Assembly (NCBI GenBank): GCA_045638945.1
Contig: JAZUCF010000009.1
Location: 4,588-68,587, forward strand
Direction of reading: 5' to 3'
DNA from: Clostridia bacterium
Lineage (GTDB): Bacteria > Bacillota > Clostridia > UMGS1883
Length of the DNA stretch: 64,000 nucleotides
Positions 25,601-35,849 of this stretch are shown piece by piece. How positions within the stretch are numbered: the stretch's first letter is position 1; every line of letters begins with the position of its first letter. The notes under the pieces are model-generated. The model made no database searches. It was not told the DNA's origin and saw only the letters and a list, made by a program, of their open reading frames with translations. The translations under genes and the position numbers were made by a program.

Positions 25601-27769
25601 TTACTGAACGGTTCTCCTGATGTCATGCACACCGGGAACACGGTGCAATTTCTTTATAATAGCGTCAAGCTGCTGCTTGCTGTCTACCTCGATAGTGATA
25701 TCAATAAGAGCTGTCCTATCCTTAAGGGCACGTGCATTTGCGGCAATAAGGTTAAGCTTCTGCTCGGAAACAACACCGATAACATCAGCTAAAATTCCGC
25801 TTCTGTTAGTACATTCAATGCTGAGCTCTGTATTAAATGAGGATGCCACATCATCAAGCCAGTTACATTCTATCATACGCTTACGCATATCCTCGCTGAG
25901 CTTACTCTCCATGACATTAATGCAGTCGCTTCTGTGGATGCTGACACCTCTGCCGCGGGTAATAAATCCGATAATATCATCACCTGGGACGGGGTTACAG
26001 CAACGAGAAAGTCTGACTAAGCAGTTGTCTACCCCTCTGATTTCTATTCCCACTTCACCCTTTGCACTCTTTTTAGATGCAGTTTTGGGTGTAAGCTCAG
26101 GAACAATTTCTTCCTTATGGTCATTCTGATAACTGTCACGCAATCTTGTTACGACCTTTGCCGCAGTAATTCCGCCAAAGCCTATTGCCGCATACATTTC
26201 CTCCACGCCTGCAAAGCCGTAACGTTTAAGCATAGGCTCAAGATATTTATTTTTGAACAAATCGCTCTGATTCATTCCTACACGCTTAAGCTCTGCCTCC
26301 ACGGCATCTTTTCCGCGTTGAATGTTTACTTCCCTGTTTTCTTTCTTAAACCAGGAATTGATTTTACTGCGTGCTGTAGAGGTTTTAACAATTTTCAGCC
26401 AGTCACGACTGGGGCCTTTGTTGGAGCTTGATGTAACTACCTCCACAATATCTCCGTTCTGGAGCTTATAATCAAGGGTTACCATTTTGGAGTTTACCTT
26501 GGCACCCGTCATTTTATAGCCTACTGCGGAGTGAATATAGAATGCAAAATCTATGGGGCATGACCCTGCCGGAAGACCTATTACGTCCCCTCTGGGGGTG
26601 AACACGAATACTTCATCGGCAAACATATCTATTTTAAGAGTACGCATGAAATCTTCAGGGTCAACCGCTTCACTCTGGATTTCCAGAAGTTTATTAACCC
26701 AGTCAAGATTCTTGCTGTCGCCTGCTCTTCCCTCTTTGTATTTCCAATGCGCAGCAATACCGCGTTCCGCAACACGGTGCATATCCCATGTACGAATCTG
26801 AATTTCAAAGGGCTGACCGTCCGGACCTATAACAGTGGTATGAAGCGACTGATACATATTAGGCTTGGGCATAGCGATATAATCCTTGAACCGTCCGGGA
26901 ATGGGCTTATATTCCTCATGAACGATACCAAGCACCGCATAACATTCAGCCACCGTATCAACAATTATACGAACTGCAAAAAGGTCATATATTTCGTCGA
27001 GGGTTTTGTTCTGATTGTACATCTTTCTGAAAATCGAATAGATGTGCTTTGCACGGGCGGCAATGTGGCATTTAATACCCATTTCCTCCATCTTATCGGC
27101 AATAACACCTCTTACGTTCTGCACATACGCATCACGCTCGGATTGCTTCTGAGAAAGACCGTCAACAATTTCGTAGTACGCTACACTGTCAAGATATTTA
27201 AGAGCTAAATCCTCAAGCTCAATCTTGATTTTAGATATACCCAGCCTGTAAGCAAGGGGTGCATATACGTCTAACGCTTCCTTTGCCTTCTGGAGCTGTT
27301 TTTCGGGCTTCATATGCTTAAGAGTACGCATATTGTGAAGCCTGTCGGCAAGCTTTATAAGAACGACACGAATGTCCTCTGCCATGGCAAAAAACATTTT
27401 CCTGAGGTTTTCAATGTGAGCTTCTTCCTTGGAAATACACTTGATTTTATCAAGCTTTGTCACACCCTCAACCAAAAGAGCTACCTGCTCTCCGAATTCC
27501 TCTTTCATGAGGTCGTAGCCGTAGTCCGTATCTTCTATAATATCATGCAAAAGCCCCGCTACAATTGCCTGAGCATCAAGCTCCATTTCCGCAAGTATGC
27601 AGGCAACCTCATAGGGATGCACAAAATACGGTTCTCCGCTGTGGCGAAGCTGGTCACCGTGTTTTTCTTTGCACAAGGTATACGCTTTAAGAATCAGGCT
27701 TCTGTCCTCATCTGCATTTTTATTATATTTTTTTATTTTCTCCATCAAGGCTTCAAATGCCTGATCCAT
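25601..27769 (-). CDS. relA: bifunctional (p)ppGpp synthetase/hydrolase
   Basis: HD domain (HDIIEDT), synthetase motif RFKDYIAMPKPNMYQSLHTTV, and TGS and C-terminal ACT regions. 722 aa. Confidence 0.96.
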   Translation of the reverse strand: MDQAFEALMEKIKKYNKNADEDRSLILKAYTLCKEKHGDQLRHSGEPYFVHPYEVACILAEMELDAQAIVAGLLHDIIEDTDYGYDLMKEEFGEQVALLVEGVTKLDKIKCISKEEAHIENLRKMFFAMAEDIRVVLIKLADRLHNMRTLKHMKPEKQLQKAKEALDVYAPLAYRLGISKIKIELEDLALKYLDSVAYYEIVDGLSQKQSERDAYVQNVRGVIADKMEEMGIKCHIAARAKHIYSIFRKMYNQNKTLDEIYDLFAVRIIVDTVAECYAVLGIVHEEYKPIPGRFKDYIAMPKPNMYQSLHTTVIGPDGQPFEIQIRTWDMHRVAERGIAAHWKYKEGRAGDSKNLDWVNKLLEIQSEAVDPEDFMRTLKIDMFADEVFVFTPRGDVIGLPAGSCPIDFAFYIHSAVGYKMTGAKVNSKMVTLDYKLQNGDIVEVVTSSSNKGPSRDWLKIVKTSTARSKINSWFKKENREVNIQRGKDAVEAELKRVGMNQSDLFKNKYLEPMLKRYGFAGVEEMYAAIGFGGITAAKVVTRLRDSYQNDHKEEIVPELTPKTASKKSAKGEVGIEIRGVDNCLVRLSRCCNPVPGDDIIGFITRGRGVSIHRSDCINVMESKLSEDMRKRMIECNWLDDVASSFNTELSIECTNRSGILADVIGVVSEQKLNLIAANARALKDRTALIDITIEVDSKQQLDAIIKKLHRVPGVHDIRRTVQ

Positions 27770-27785
27770 AAAATCACTCCCGTCA

Positions 27786-29801
27786 TCAGCCGTACACTTC
27801 TTCTGCTTCTTTCTTTATACGCTGATATTCACCGCTCTTATCAATCGAAACCTTTTTTCCTTTTTCGGTTTCGAGCAGTGTAATCTGAACAACATCGCCC
27901 AACTTGTTATAATTTAAAATGGCTAAATCCTTAAACACTCTGAGCACATTTAATATTTTATCACGCATTATACGTCTTCCGAGCCTTTCCGAAAGGATTC
28001 CCGAAAGGTTTGCCAGATCTTCACTTATATTTCCCTTTTGGCGTAAAAACTTGTAAATATCCACAAAATCCTGTCTGTCGGGAAGAACGTCACCGAGTTC
28101 TTTATGAGAAAAACGTATTCCACTTAATATAAGCTGTAGCCTTGTCTGTCCGTTATACAAATTAATGTTAAGTTCCCCTGCAAGGTCTACAATATCTCCG
28201 GGGCAATATTCCGAAGCAAGAGAGCCTGCACCGAAAGCAATTGTTTCCACAATACGCTTGTCACTCTCAACCAAAAATCTGCAATGCTTTCCGTCGGAAA
28301 GAGTTTTTACATCTACAATTCTGGCATTCATAAGAGCAAACACCGGAACTTTATTTCCTGCACCGTAGGGAGCGAGAATTTCTGTTTTTCTGATTGTTGC
28401 GGCATTAATATCCTCTATGGTTATTTTAGAATCAATAAGAAGCCTTGGAAGCTTTTCCTCTATTTCGCAATCTTTGGCAAACTCGTTAAGACGTCTGTCA
28501 AGCTCTCCGATGTATTCCTCCTTGATTGAAAATCCTGCCGCATATGCATGACCGCCGAACTTTTCTAAAATATCGGCACAGTTTCCGAGTGCGTCAAACA
28601 AATTAAGACCTTCCACACTTCTGCCTGAGCTCTTGCACCAATCATCCTCAATGGATATAAGAATACACGTTTTATTATATTTCTCGCATATTCTTGAAGC
28701 CACAACTCCGATAATTCCGTGATGCCAGTTACGCTTTGCAAGTACAAGCACCTTTTTGTCGGCAATATCTATGCTGTTAATCATTTCCACTGCCTGGTCA
28801 AAAATTATCTTTTCCTCATTCTGGCGGTTTCTGTTATCCTCGTCAAGCTTAATTGCAAGGTCCTGTGCCGTAGCTTTATCGTTTGTAAGCAAAAGGTCTA
28901 CTGCAATCATAGCGTTTGACATTCTGCCTGCCGCATTAAGCCTTGGTGCAATGGAATAGCTTACCACGGCACAATTGTTCCACTTCTGACGAAGCCCTAA
29001 GGTGGAAATTACTGCGGCTAAACCTATGTTGGGGTTTTTAGCCAGTTTCTCAATACCCCTTGCCGCTATTATTCTGTTTTCGTCACGCAGGGATACCACG
29101 TCTGCAATTGTTCCCAATGCCACCAAATCGGCATACTGATTAAGCAGTTCATTTTCGCTCTTATCACTTGCCGCACATACGAGTTTAAATGCAACGCCCA
29201 CGCCTGCAAGATCCTTAAAGGGATACTCGCAATCCATTCTTTTGGGGTTTACCACGGCAACAGCACGAGGAAGCTCCGCCTTACATTCATGGTGGTCGGT
29301 TATAATAACATCGCATCCTAATTGTGCGGCATACTCCGTTTCCTCAAAAGCGGTGATACCCGTATCAACGCTTATAATAAGCGTTGCCCCGCTTTCGTGA
29401 ATTTTCTCTATTGCATTTTTATTTATTCCGTAGCCCTCGTTCTGTCTGTCGGGTATGTACGCACGGGCATCGACGCCCTGCTCTCTGAGATAGCTCACAA
29501 CAAGTGCCGTAGATGTGATGCCGTCAACATCATAGTCACCGTATACAACAACATGCTCCTTGTTTTCGATAGCTTTCCTGATTCGGGCAACGGCTTTATC
29601 CATGTCCCGAAGAAGGCTCGGTGAATAAAAACTGCCTGAGTCTTTTTCAAGAAATTTTTTTGCATCGGCGGCATCGGTAAAGCCTCGGTTTAAAAGAACC
29701 TTGGCAACAATTTCGGGAATATCAAAAATCTCCGAATACGCCTGCGCCTGTGCCTGACTGATATTTTCATCCAAAAATACCCATTCTTTTTCAAGCATCA
29801 T
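27786..29801 (-). CDS. recJ: single-stranded-DNA-specific exonuclease RecJ
   Basis: DHH motifs (GDYDVDGITS, SVDTG, ITDHHE), a DHHA1 region, and the conserved recJ-relA order. Confidence 0.93.
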   Translation of the reverse strand: MMLEKEWVFLDENISQAQAQAYSEIFDIPEIVAKVLLNRGFTDAADAKKFLEKDSGSFYSPSLLRDMDKAVARIRKAIENKEHVVVYGDYDVDGITSTALVVSYLREQGVDARAYIPDRQNEGYGINKNAIEKIHESGATLIISVDTGITAFEETEYAAQLGCDVIITDHHECKAELPRAVAVVNPKRMDCEYPFKDLAGVGVAFKLVCAASDKSENELLNQYADLVALGTIADVVSLRDENRIIAARGIEKLAKNPNIGLAAVISTLGLRQKWNNCAVVSYSIAPRLNAAGRMSNAMIAVDLLLTNDKATAQDLAIKLDEDNRNRQNEEKIIFDQAVEMINSIDIADKKVLVLAKRNWHHGIIGVVASRICEKYNKTCILISIEDDWCKSSGRSVEGLNLFDALGNCADILEKFGGHAYAAGFSIKEEYIGELDRRLNEFAKDCEIEEKLPRLLIDSKITIEDINAATIRKTEILAPYGAGNKVPVFALMNARIVDVKTLSDGKHCRFLVESDKRIVETIAFGAGSLASEYCPGDIVDLAGELNINLYNGQTRLQLILSGIRFSHKELGDVLPDRQDFVDIYKFLRQKGNISEDLANLSGILSERLGRRIMRDKILNVLRVFKDLAILNYNKLGDVVQITLLETEKGKKVSIDKSGEYQRIKKEAEEVYG

Positions 29802-29897
29802 TTTCCCTTCTTTCGTATATAACTAACTATAATAGATTAAGTATATCATAATTAATAGTAGGTTTCAATATTTTTTGAAAGGAAAAGGTTATAAAAT

Positions 29898-30845
29898 ATG
29901 TGTACGGCAATTTCTTTATGTGGCAAAAAACACTTTTTCGGCAGAAACTTGGACTTTGAACATTCCTTTGGTGAAAAAATCCTGATTACTCCACGTAATT
30001 TTCCCATTAATTTCCGCCATACGGATTCAATCAAATCCCACTACGCCATGATTGGAATGGGAATTGTTTCGGATGGTTATCCGCTGTATTTTGATGCAAC
30101 CAATGAAAAAGGGCTTAGCATGGCAGGGCTTCTTTTTTCAGGATATGCACATTATCACAATATTAACCCGAAATGCACAAATCTTGCCCCTTTTGAGGTT
30201 GTTCTCTGGATTTTGTCGCAATGTGCCGATACTAAAGAAGCAAAAGAACTGCTTGGTAAGCTTAGCATCACAAATACCCATTTCAGCAATGAATATCCGA
30301 ATACTCCCCTGCACTGGATTATCAGCGACAGAAAAAGCAGTATCGTACTAGAATCTGTGCAAGAGGGCATAAAATTTTACGATAATCCTACACACGTTCT
30401 TACCAACAATCCTCCTTTTGAAATGCAGATTTTTAATCTTAACAACTATATGTCCCTTTCTCCCTTTCCTCCCGAAAACAAATTTGCAGATAGTCTGAAC
30501 CTCAGAACTTACAGCCGAGGCATGGGTGCCATAGGGCTTCCAGGAGATTTTTCTTCCGCATCAAGGTTTGTCAGGGCGGCTTTTTTCAGGGCTAATTGCA
30601 GAAATGAAAAAAATGAATCGGGACTACTTTTTGATATGCTTAAAAACCTCTCTCCTCTCCCCGGATGCGTAATTACCGAAGATGGAAAAGAGGAAATTAC
30701 CATTTATTCCTCCTGTGTTGACACGGAGAGAGGAATATATTATTACACAACCTGCGACGGGAATAAGGTTCACTCTGTAAGCATTGAGGAGCATGAGCTT
30801 GATAGCAACTGCTTGGCGACGTTTTCTTACAATCTCTTACATTGA
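29898..30845 (+). CDS. choloylglycine hydrolase family (Ntn) linear amide C-N hydrolase; bile salt hydrolase / penicillin V acylase-like
   Basis: N-terminal MCTA (Cys2 nucleophile), FGRNLDFE and ITPRNFP, typical of the BSH/PVA family. Confidence 0.85.
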   Translation: MCTAISLCGKKHFFGRNLDFEHSFGEKILITPRNFPINFRHTDSIKSHYAMIGMGIVSDGYPLYFDATNEKGLSMAGLLFSGYAHYHNINPKCTNLAPFEVVLWILSQCADTKEAKELLGKLSITNTHFSNEYPNTPLHWIISDRKSSIVLESVQEGIKFYDNPTHVLTNNPPFEMQIFNLNNYMSLSPFPPENKFADSLNLRTYSRGMGAIGLPGDFSSASRFVRAAFFRANCRNEKNESGLLFDMLKNLSPLPGCVITEDGKEEITIYSSCVDTERGIYYYTTCDGNKVHSVSIEEHELDSNCLATFSYNLLH

Positions 30846-30901
30846 CTCAATCTTCCCGACAGACTATAATTAAAGTATAATTGATTCGGGAGGTTATATA
30901 A

Positions 30902-31294
30902 ATGTCCGCTTCGCAGACAGATGAATTTCAGAAAAAAGTTTCGTCACTTATAGTTCGCAACAGTAATATTTTAGATATTCTTACAAAATGCCAGATTAGC
31001 TGCGGAAAGCTGTGCCGCAGCGTGGTAAAATCCGCTACAGGCTGCGGTTGTGTGGATATATCGGGAGAAAAGTCGCTTTCTGCATTTTCTCTTTCCAAGG
31101 ATTTTGATGCAAAGGAAGCCTCGGGAATGAACGGAAGCTTATGCTGTGGGTGTAAGAGCCGTGTGGAAAATGAAATTGGTGAGCTGCTATTTTACATTGC
31201 AGGCATGTGCAATGCACTGGAATTAAATATGAGCGATATAATGAAAAAAGAGATTAAGAATGTGGAGGTGCTGGGGAAGTATAGTCTGAAGTGA
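30902..31294 (+). CDS. hypothetical Cys-rich protein with C-terminal MazG-like helix motif
   Basis: GGAGG-type SD. 130 aa with 9 Cys (CQISCGKLC, GCGC, CCGC). ENEIGELLFYIAGMCNALELNMSDIM resembles the MazG ExxE helix. Function uncertain. Confidence 0.6.
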   Translation: MSASQTDEFQKKVSSLIVRNSNILDILTKCQISCGKLCRSVVKSATGCGCVDISGEKSLSAFSLSKDFDAKEASGMNGSLCCGCKSRVENEIGELLFYIAGMCNALELNMSDIMKKEIKNVEVLGKYSLK

Positions 31295-31347
31295 GAATAT
31301 AAAAACGAGGAGAAAAAATTTGACTTTTTTCTCCTCGTTTTATATTC
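31295..31347. terminator. bidirectional terminator
   Basis: GAATATAAAAACGAGGAGAAAAAA-tttgac-TTTTTTCTCCTCGTTTTATATTC. Confidence 0.85.
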
Positions 31348-31378
31348 TTTTTGCGGTCTGGACTTTTTTACGTCCCGT

Positions 31379-31801
31379 TTATTTTCTTCTGCTTCCGCGT
31401 TTAGACTCTACATTACGCTTTATATCAAGCATTCTGGCATCGCTTGACTGCTTGAAGCTCGCCATCATATCCTCAAAGGACATATCCTTCCGGTTGTTTT
31501 CACTGTTCCAATCAATTTCCGCAGGCTTACCCGAAAAAGGAGCCGCACCTCTGCGTGCAAAATTATTTTCCTGTGCCTTTTTAATTGAAAGGCTGATTTT
31601 TCCCTTTTCATCAAGAGAAAGAACCTTTACCTTAACCTGCTGCCCTACACTAAGATGCTCGTTAATATCCTTAACATAATTACGAGCAACCTCCGAAATA
31701 TGTACGAGACCTGTTTCTCCATCGGGCAAATCAATAAATGCTCCGAATCCCGTAATTCCTGAAACCTTACCTTCTACAATTTGTCCTACTTCAAGTGCCA
31801 T
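31379..31801 (-). CDS. yabR: S1 domain RNA-binding protein (YabR-like)
   Basis: S1 fold VGQIVEGKVSGITGFGAFIDL...GLVHISEV. Position after divIC matches the Bacillus yabP-yabQ-divIC-yabR order. Confidence 0.88.
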   Translation of the reverse strand: MALEVGQIVEGKVSGITGFGAFIDLPDGETGLVHISEVARNYVKDINEHLSVGQQVKVKVLSLDEKGKISLSIKKAQENNFARRGAAPFSGKPAEIDWNSENNRKDMSFEDMMASFKQSSDARMLDIKRNVESKRGSRRK

Positions 31802-31841
31802 AAAGGTGATATACCCCTTTCAGTATGTAAAAATAATATAA

Positions 31842-32150
31842 TCAGTTACCAATGACGAAAACAACTTCGTTTTCAAGAACATAGCCTTCATCACGGGCTT
31901 TTTTCTCGTAATAATCGGCGGAGGCGTTGGCATCACTCTGCTGCTTTGCCAATTCGTATTCCTCTTTTTTTGCTTTGTATTCGTTTTCGCACTTTATCCT
32001 GTCCTCGCGAATACTCCAAAGGCGATGTTGAAGTGACATAAATGTATATAAAAAGCTTCCCAGCACTAAAAGCACTATTGCAAGACGTATGTAATCACTG
32101 CTTTTTCTTCTACGCTTTTTTGCCGTAGTTTTTTTCACAACTTTATGCAC
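31842..32150 (-). CDS. divIC: septum formation initiator family protein (FtsB/DivIC)
   Basis: Basic N-terminus, one TM helix, then a coiled coil. The ORF is open to 32165, but GGAGG plus an 8-nt spacer favours GTG 32150 (MHKVVKK...). Confidence 0.8.
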   Translation of the reverse strand: MHKVVKKTTAKKRRRKSSDYIRLAIVLLVLGSFLYTFMSLQHRLWSIREDRIKCENEYKAKKEEYELAKQQSDANASADYYEKKARDEGYVLENEVVFVIGN

Positions 32151-32208
32151 ACAACTCACCTCCACAACCTATAGTATAACGTAAAGTAATCTGTTTGTAA
32201 AGATTTTT

Positions 32209-32697
32209 TTACAACATTTTAATTCTTTTTTTGAGCTTTTTTGTGCGCCTTTTAAGCTTTGAGAATATATTTTTTATTATCTTCCTTCTTTTTGCCGAAA
32301 ATCGTTTTCTCAAAAACCAGATTTTCTTGATGGGATACAGTGCCGATTTAAATATTTTTTTTGCAGGAACAATAATCAGTTTCGTAATTAAATCTAAGAT
32401 TTTTCCGCAGATTCTCATGAAAATCCCACTTAAAAACGCCGCATAGAATAATGCACCGCTTATGCTCCCAAGAATAAGATAGTATCTTATGGCTCCCTCA
32501 TCAAAGAGGTATCCCACAGACAGGGTAATTCCGACACAAAAAAGAGTGAAAATAACATCTTCAAGTGCAGTTCTCCACTCCCCTGCATGAAGTTTTTTGC
32601 GGAGCGAACGCTGAACATCAAAAAACATCCCGCACAGCATACCTGAACACAGGCTGATCATAAACACATAAAGCTGACTGAGGGAAGAAACCTCCAT
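32209..32697 (-). CDS. yabQ: spore cortex biosynthesis protein YabQ
   Basis: Multi-TM small protein with FDVQRSLRK, followed by a basic tail. Overlaps the yabP stop by 1 nt. Confidence 0.8.
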   Translation of the reverse strand: MEVSSLSQLYVFMISLCSGMLCGMFFDVQRSLRKKLHAGEWRTALEDVIFTLFCVGITLSVGYLFDEGAIRYYLILGSISGALFYAAFLSGIFMRICGKILDLITKLIIVPAKKIFKSALYPIKKIWFLRKRFSAKRRKIIKNIFSKLKRRTKKLKKRIKML

Positions 32698-32972
32698 TAT
32701 TTAAGAACCCTCCTGAGAAAGCCTTCTCTTTCGCTTCTGCCGGGAGTGTATACACATCCGTTGATTTCGCCCTCTATAAAAATTTCCCCCGTTTCCGTTG
32801 AAAGCTTTTTCACTTTCATATTACTTCCCGTGACAGTGAGCAGATGATTCTCCGTAACAAGCACGATTTTATCCGTTGAAAAGCTTTCAACGTCCTTTAC
32901 CCCTCCCGCGGTAAGCTTCTGTCTGTTTTCGATAATTATGTTTCCCGATTTTTTATTTGTTGTTTCAGTCAT
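32697..32972 (-). CDS. yabP: sporulation protein YabP
   Basis: 91 aa with LTAGGVKDVESFSTDKIVLVT...LLTVTGSNMKVKKLSTETGEIFIEGEINGCVY, the typical YabP pattern. Confidence 0.88.
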   Translation of the reverse strand: MTETTNKKSGNIIIENRQKLTAGGVKDVESFSTDKIVLVTENHLLTVTGSNMKVKKLSTETGEIFIEGEINGCVYTPGRSEREGFLRRVLK

Positions 32973-33022
32973 ATAAAAACCCCCTTGTCTTCTATATCTA
33001 TGAAAAACAAGGGGGTGTTATG

Positions 33023-35848
33023 CTATTTAAGCATTTTTTTAAGAAACATTCCAGTATATGATTTCGCGTTTTTGGCTACTTCTTCGGGAGTTCCCTCTGC
33101 AACTATTGTTCCGCCGTTTTCTCCGCCTTCGGGGCCGAGGTCTATTATATGGTCGGCAGTTTTTATAACGTCAAGGTTGTGCTCTATAACGAGTACAGTA
33201 TTTCCTTCCTCCACGAAACGCAACAGCACCTCTATCAGCCTGTGTACATCGGCACTGTGAAGTCCCGTGGTGGGCTCATCAAGAATGTAAATAGTCTTTC
33301 CCGTGGAACGCTTGGAAAGCTCCGTGGCAAGCTTCACACGCTGTGCCTCGCCTCCCGAAAGAGTGGTAGAGGACTGTCCAAGCTTGATATATCCCAAGCC
33401 TACGTCCTTTATGGTCTGAAGCTTGTTTTTTATTTTGGGTATAGAATCAAAAAATTCCGTTGCCTCGTCGATAGTCATATCCAGAACTTCAAATATATTC
33501 TTCCCCTTATAATGCACATCAAGGGTTTCACGGTTATAGCGTTTTCCCTTGCACACTTCACAGGGAACAAATACATCGGGAAGAAAGTGCATCTCAATTT
33601 TAATAATACCGTCACCGCTGCAAGCTTCACATCTTCCTCCGCGGACGTTAAAGCTGAATCTTCCCGCATTATAGCCTCTTGCTTTTGCTTCGGGAGTCAT
33701 TGCGAAAAGCTCACGGATATCATTGAATACGCCTGTGTATGTGGCAGGATTAGAGCGGGGAGTTCTTCCTATGGGTGACTGGTCAATGTCGATAACCTTA
33801 TCAAGATTTTCTATTCCCTCGATGGTTTTGTGTTTACCGGGAACCTGTTTTGAACGGTTGAGCTTATATGCAAGATGCTTGTAAACAACCTCATTCACAA
33901 GCGAGCTTTTTCCGCTTCCCGAAACGCCTGTTACACAGACAAATTTGCCCAAGGGGATATCCACATTGATATCCTTCAGGTTGTTTTCAGACGCCTTAAC
34001 CACACGAAGCTTATTTCCGTTTCCTTTCCGTCTTTCCTTGGGTACGGGAATTTTCTTTCTGCCGCTTAGGTAGTCACCTGTCAATGACCCCTGTGTATTC
34101 ATAATATCCTGAACGCTTCCCTGTGCGATTATTTCACCGCCGTGAATACCTGCTCCCGGACCGACATCCACAATATGGTCGGCGGCAAACATTGTGTCCT
34201 CATCATGCTCTACAACTATAAGGGTATTTCCCATATCTCTGAGGGATTTGAGTGCGGAAATAAGCTTATTATTGTCACGCTGATGAAGGCCTATGCTCGG
34301 TTCGTCAAGTATATAAAGAACACCCACAAGCCCTGAGCCTATCTGCGTAGCAAGGCGGATTCGCTGTGCTTCACCGCCCGAAAGGGTTCCTGCACTTCTG
34401 GACATGGTAAGATATTCAAGCCCCACATTATTAAGAAATCCGATTCGGGCATTTATTTCCTTTAAAATTTCCTCTGCAATCATAGTTTGCTGTTTATCAA
34501 GCTTTAGTCCGTTAAAAAAGTCCTTAGCACGGTTTACGGGAAGGTCGCAGACCTCGTCAATGTTTTTTCCGCCCACAGTTACGCTAAGGCTTTCTCTGCG
34601 GAGTCTCTTTCCCTTACATTCATTACAGGGAATTTCACGCATAAGTCCCTCGATGTCCCATTTTGACCATTCGCTGTCCGTTTCGTCATAACGACGTTGA
34701 AGATTCGTGACAATTCCTTCAAAAGGAGCCATATATTTAGAAAACCCGCGTTTTCCCATGTGTTCAATTTCAATTTCTTCTCCCTTTGTTCCGAAAAGAA
34801 TGATATCAATAATCTCCTGTGGCAGGTTTTTCACGGGAACATTAAGGCTGAAATTATATTTTTTGGCAAGTCCGCGGAACACGGCATTTGCCATGCTTCC
34901 GTCCTTATCGGGGGCACGCCAACCGCTTACTGAAAATGCACCCTCCATAACAGAAAGCTCATCACTGATAAGAACAAGCGACGGGTCTACACGCTTTAAA
35001 AGTCCGATACCGCTGCACTTCGGGCAAGCTCCCAAGGGATTGTTGAAGGAAAACATTCTGGGAGAAAGCTCCTCCATACTGATTCCGCAATCCTCGCAGG
35101 CATAATTCCGGCTGAAGGTCATTTCCTCCTCGCCGTTTAATATCATTACTATTCCCTCTGCCTGATGGAGAGCTATTTCCACGCTGTCGGCAAGCCTTGT
35201 GCGGATGTCGGAACGTACAACAAGACGGTCAACCACGATTTCTATATTATGCTTTTTTTGCTTTTCAAGCTCTATTTCTTCGGAAAGGTCATAAATAATT
35301 CCATCCACACGCACACGGACATATCCGCTTTTGCGTGCATTTTCAAATATTTTCTGATGCTCGCCCTTTTTTCTGCGGACTACGGGGGCAAGAATCTGCA
35401 CTCTGCTCCCCTCAGGAAGAGAAAGCACCTTGTCCACAATCTGGTCAAGTGACTGCTGAGAAATAACCTTGCCGCACTGTGGGCAGTGGGGAATTCCCAC
35501 ACGGGCATAGAGAAGCCTTAAATAATCATATATTTCCGTTACCGTTCCAACTGTTGAACGGGGATTTTTATTGGTGGTTTTCTGGTCTATACTGATTGCG
35601 GGGCTAAGTCCCTCTATATAGTCAACCTCAGGCTTTTCCATCTGCCCCAAAAACATTCGTGCATACGAAGAAAGGGACTCCACGTATCTTCGTTGTCCTT
35701 CCGCATAAATGGTATCAAAGGCAAGCGATGTTTTACCGCTTCCGGACACCCCCGTAAAAACGATAAGCTTGTCACGCGGGATTGTCAAATCTATGTTTTT
35801 AAGATTGTTTTCACGGGCGCCTTGTATCACAATTTCTTCTTTTTTCAT
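33023..35848 (-). CDS. uvrA: excinuclease ABC subunit A
   Basis: 941 aa with two ABC ATPase modules ([14 protein letters not shown]; [11 protein letters not shown]), zinc fingers, and LSGGEAQR twice. Confidence 0.98.
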   Translation of the reverse strand: MKKEEIVIQGARENNLKNIDLTIPRDKLIVFTGVSGSGKTSLAFDTIYAEGQRRYVESLSSYARMFLGQMEKPEVDYIEGLSPAISIDQKTTNKNPRSTVGTVTEIYDYLRLLYARVGIPHCPQCGKVISQQSLDQIVDKVLSLPEGSRVQILAPVVRRKKGEHQKIFENARKSGYVRVRVDGIIYDLSEEIELEKQKKHNIEIVVDRLVVRSDIRTRLADSVEIALHQAEGIVMILNGEEEMTFSRNYACEDCGISMEELSPRMFSFNNPLGACPKCSGIGLLKRVDPSLVLISDELSVMEGAFSVSGWRAPDKDGSMANAVFRGLAKKYNFSLNVPVKNLPQEIIDIILFGTKGEEIEIEHMGKRGFSKYMAPFEGIVTNLQRRYDETDSEWSKWDIEGLMREIPCNECKGKRLRRESLSVTVGGKNIDEVCDLPVNRAKDFFNGLKLDKQQTMIAEEILKEINARIGFLNNVGLEYLTMSRSAGTLSGGEAQRIRLATQIGSGLVGVLYILDEPSIGLHQRDNNKLISALKSLRDMGNTLIVVEHDEDTMFAADHIVDVGPGAGIHGGEIIAQGSVQDIMNTQGSLTGDYLSGRKKIPVPKERRKGNGNKLRVVKASENNLKDINVDIPLGKFVCVTGVSGSGKSSLVNEVVYKHLAYKLNRSKQVPGKHKTIEGIENLDKVIDIDQSPIGRTPRSNPATYTGVFNDIRELFAMTPEAKARGYNAGRFSFNVRGGRCEACSGDGIIKIEMHFLPDVFVPCEVCKGKRYNRETLDVHYKGKNIFEVLDMTIDEATEFFDSIPKIKNKLQTIKDVGLGYIKLGQSSTTLSGGEAQRVKLATELSKRSTGKTIYILDEPTTGLHSADVHRLIEVLLRFVEEGNTVLVIEHNLDVIKTADHIIDLGPEGGENGGTIVAEGTPEEVAKNAKSYTGMFLKKMLK

Positions 35849-35849
35849 T

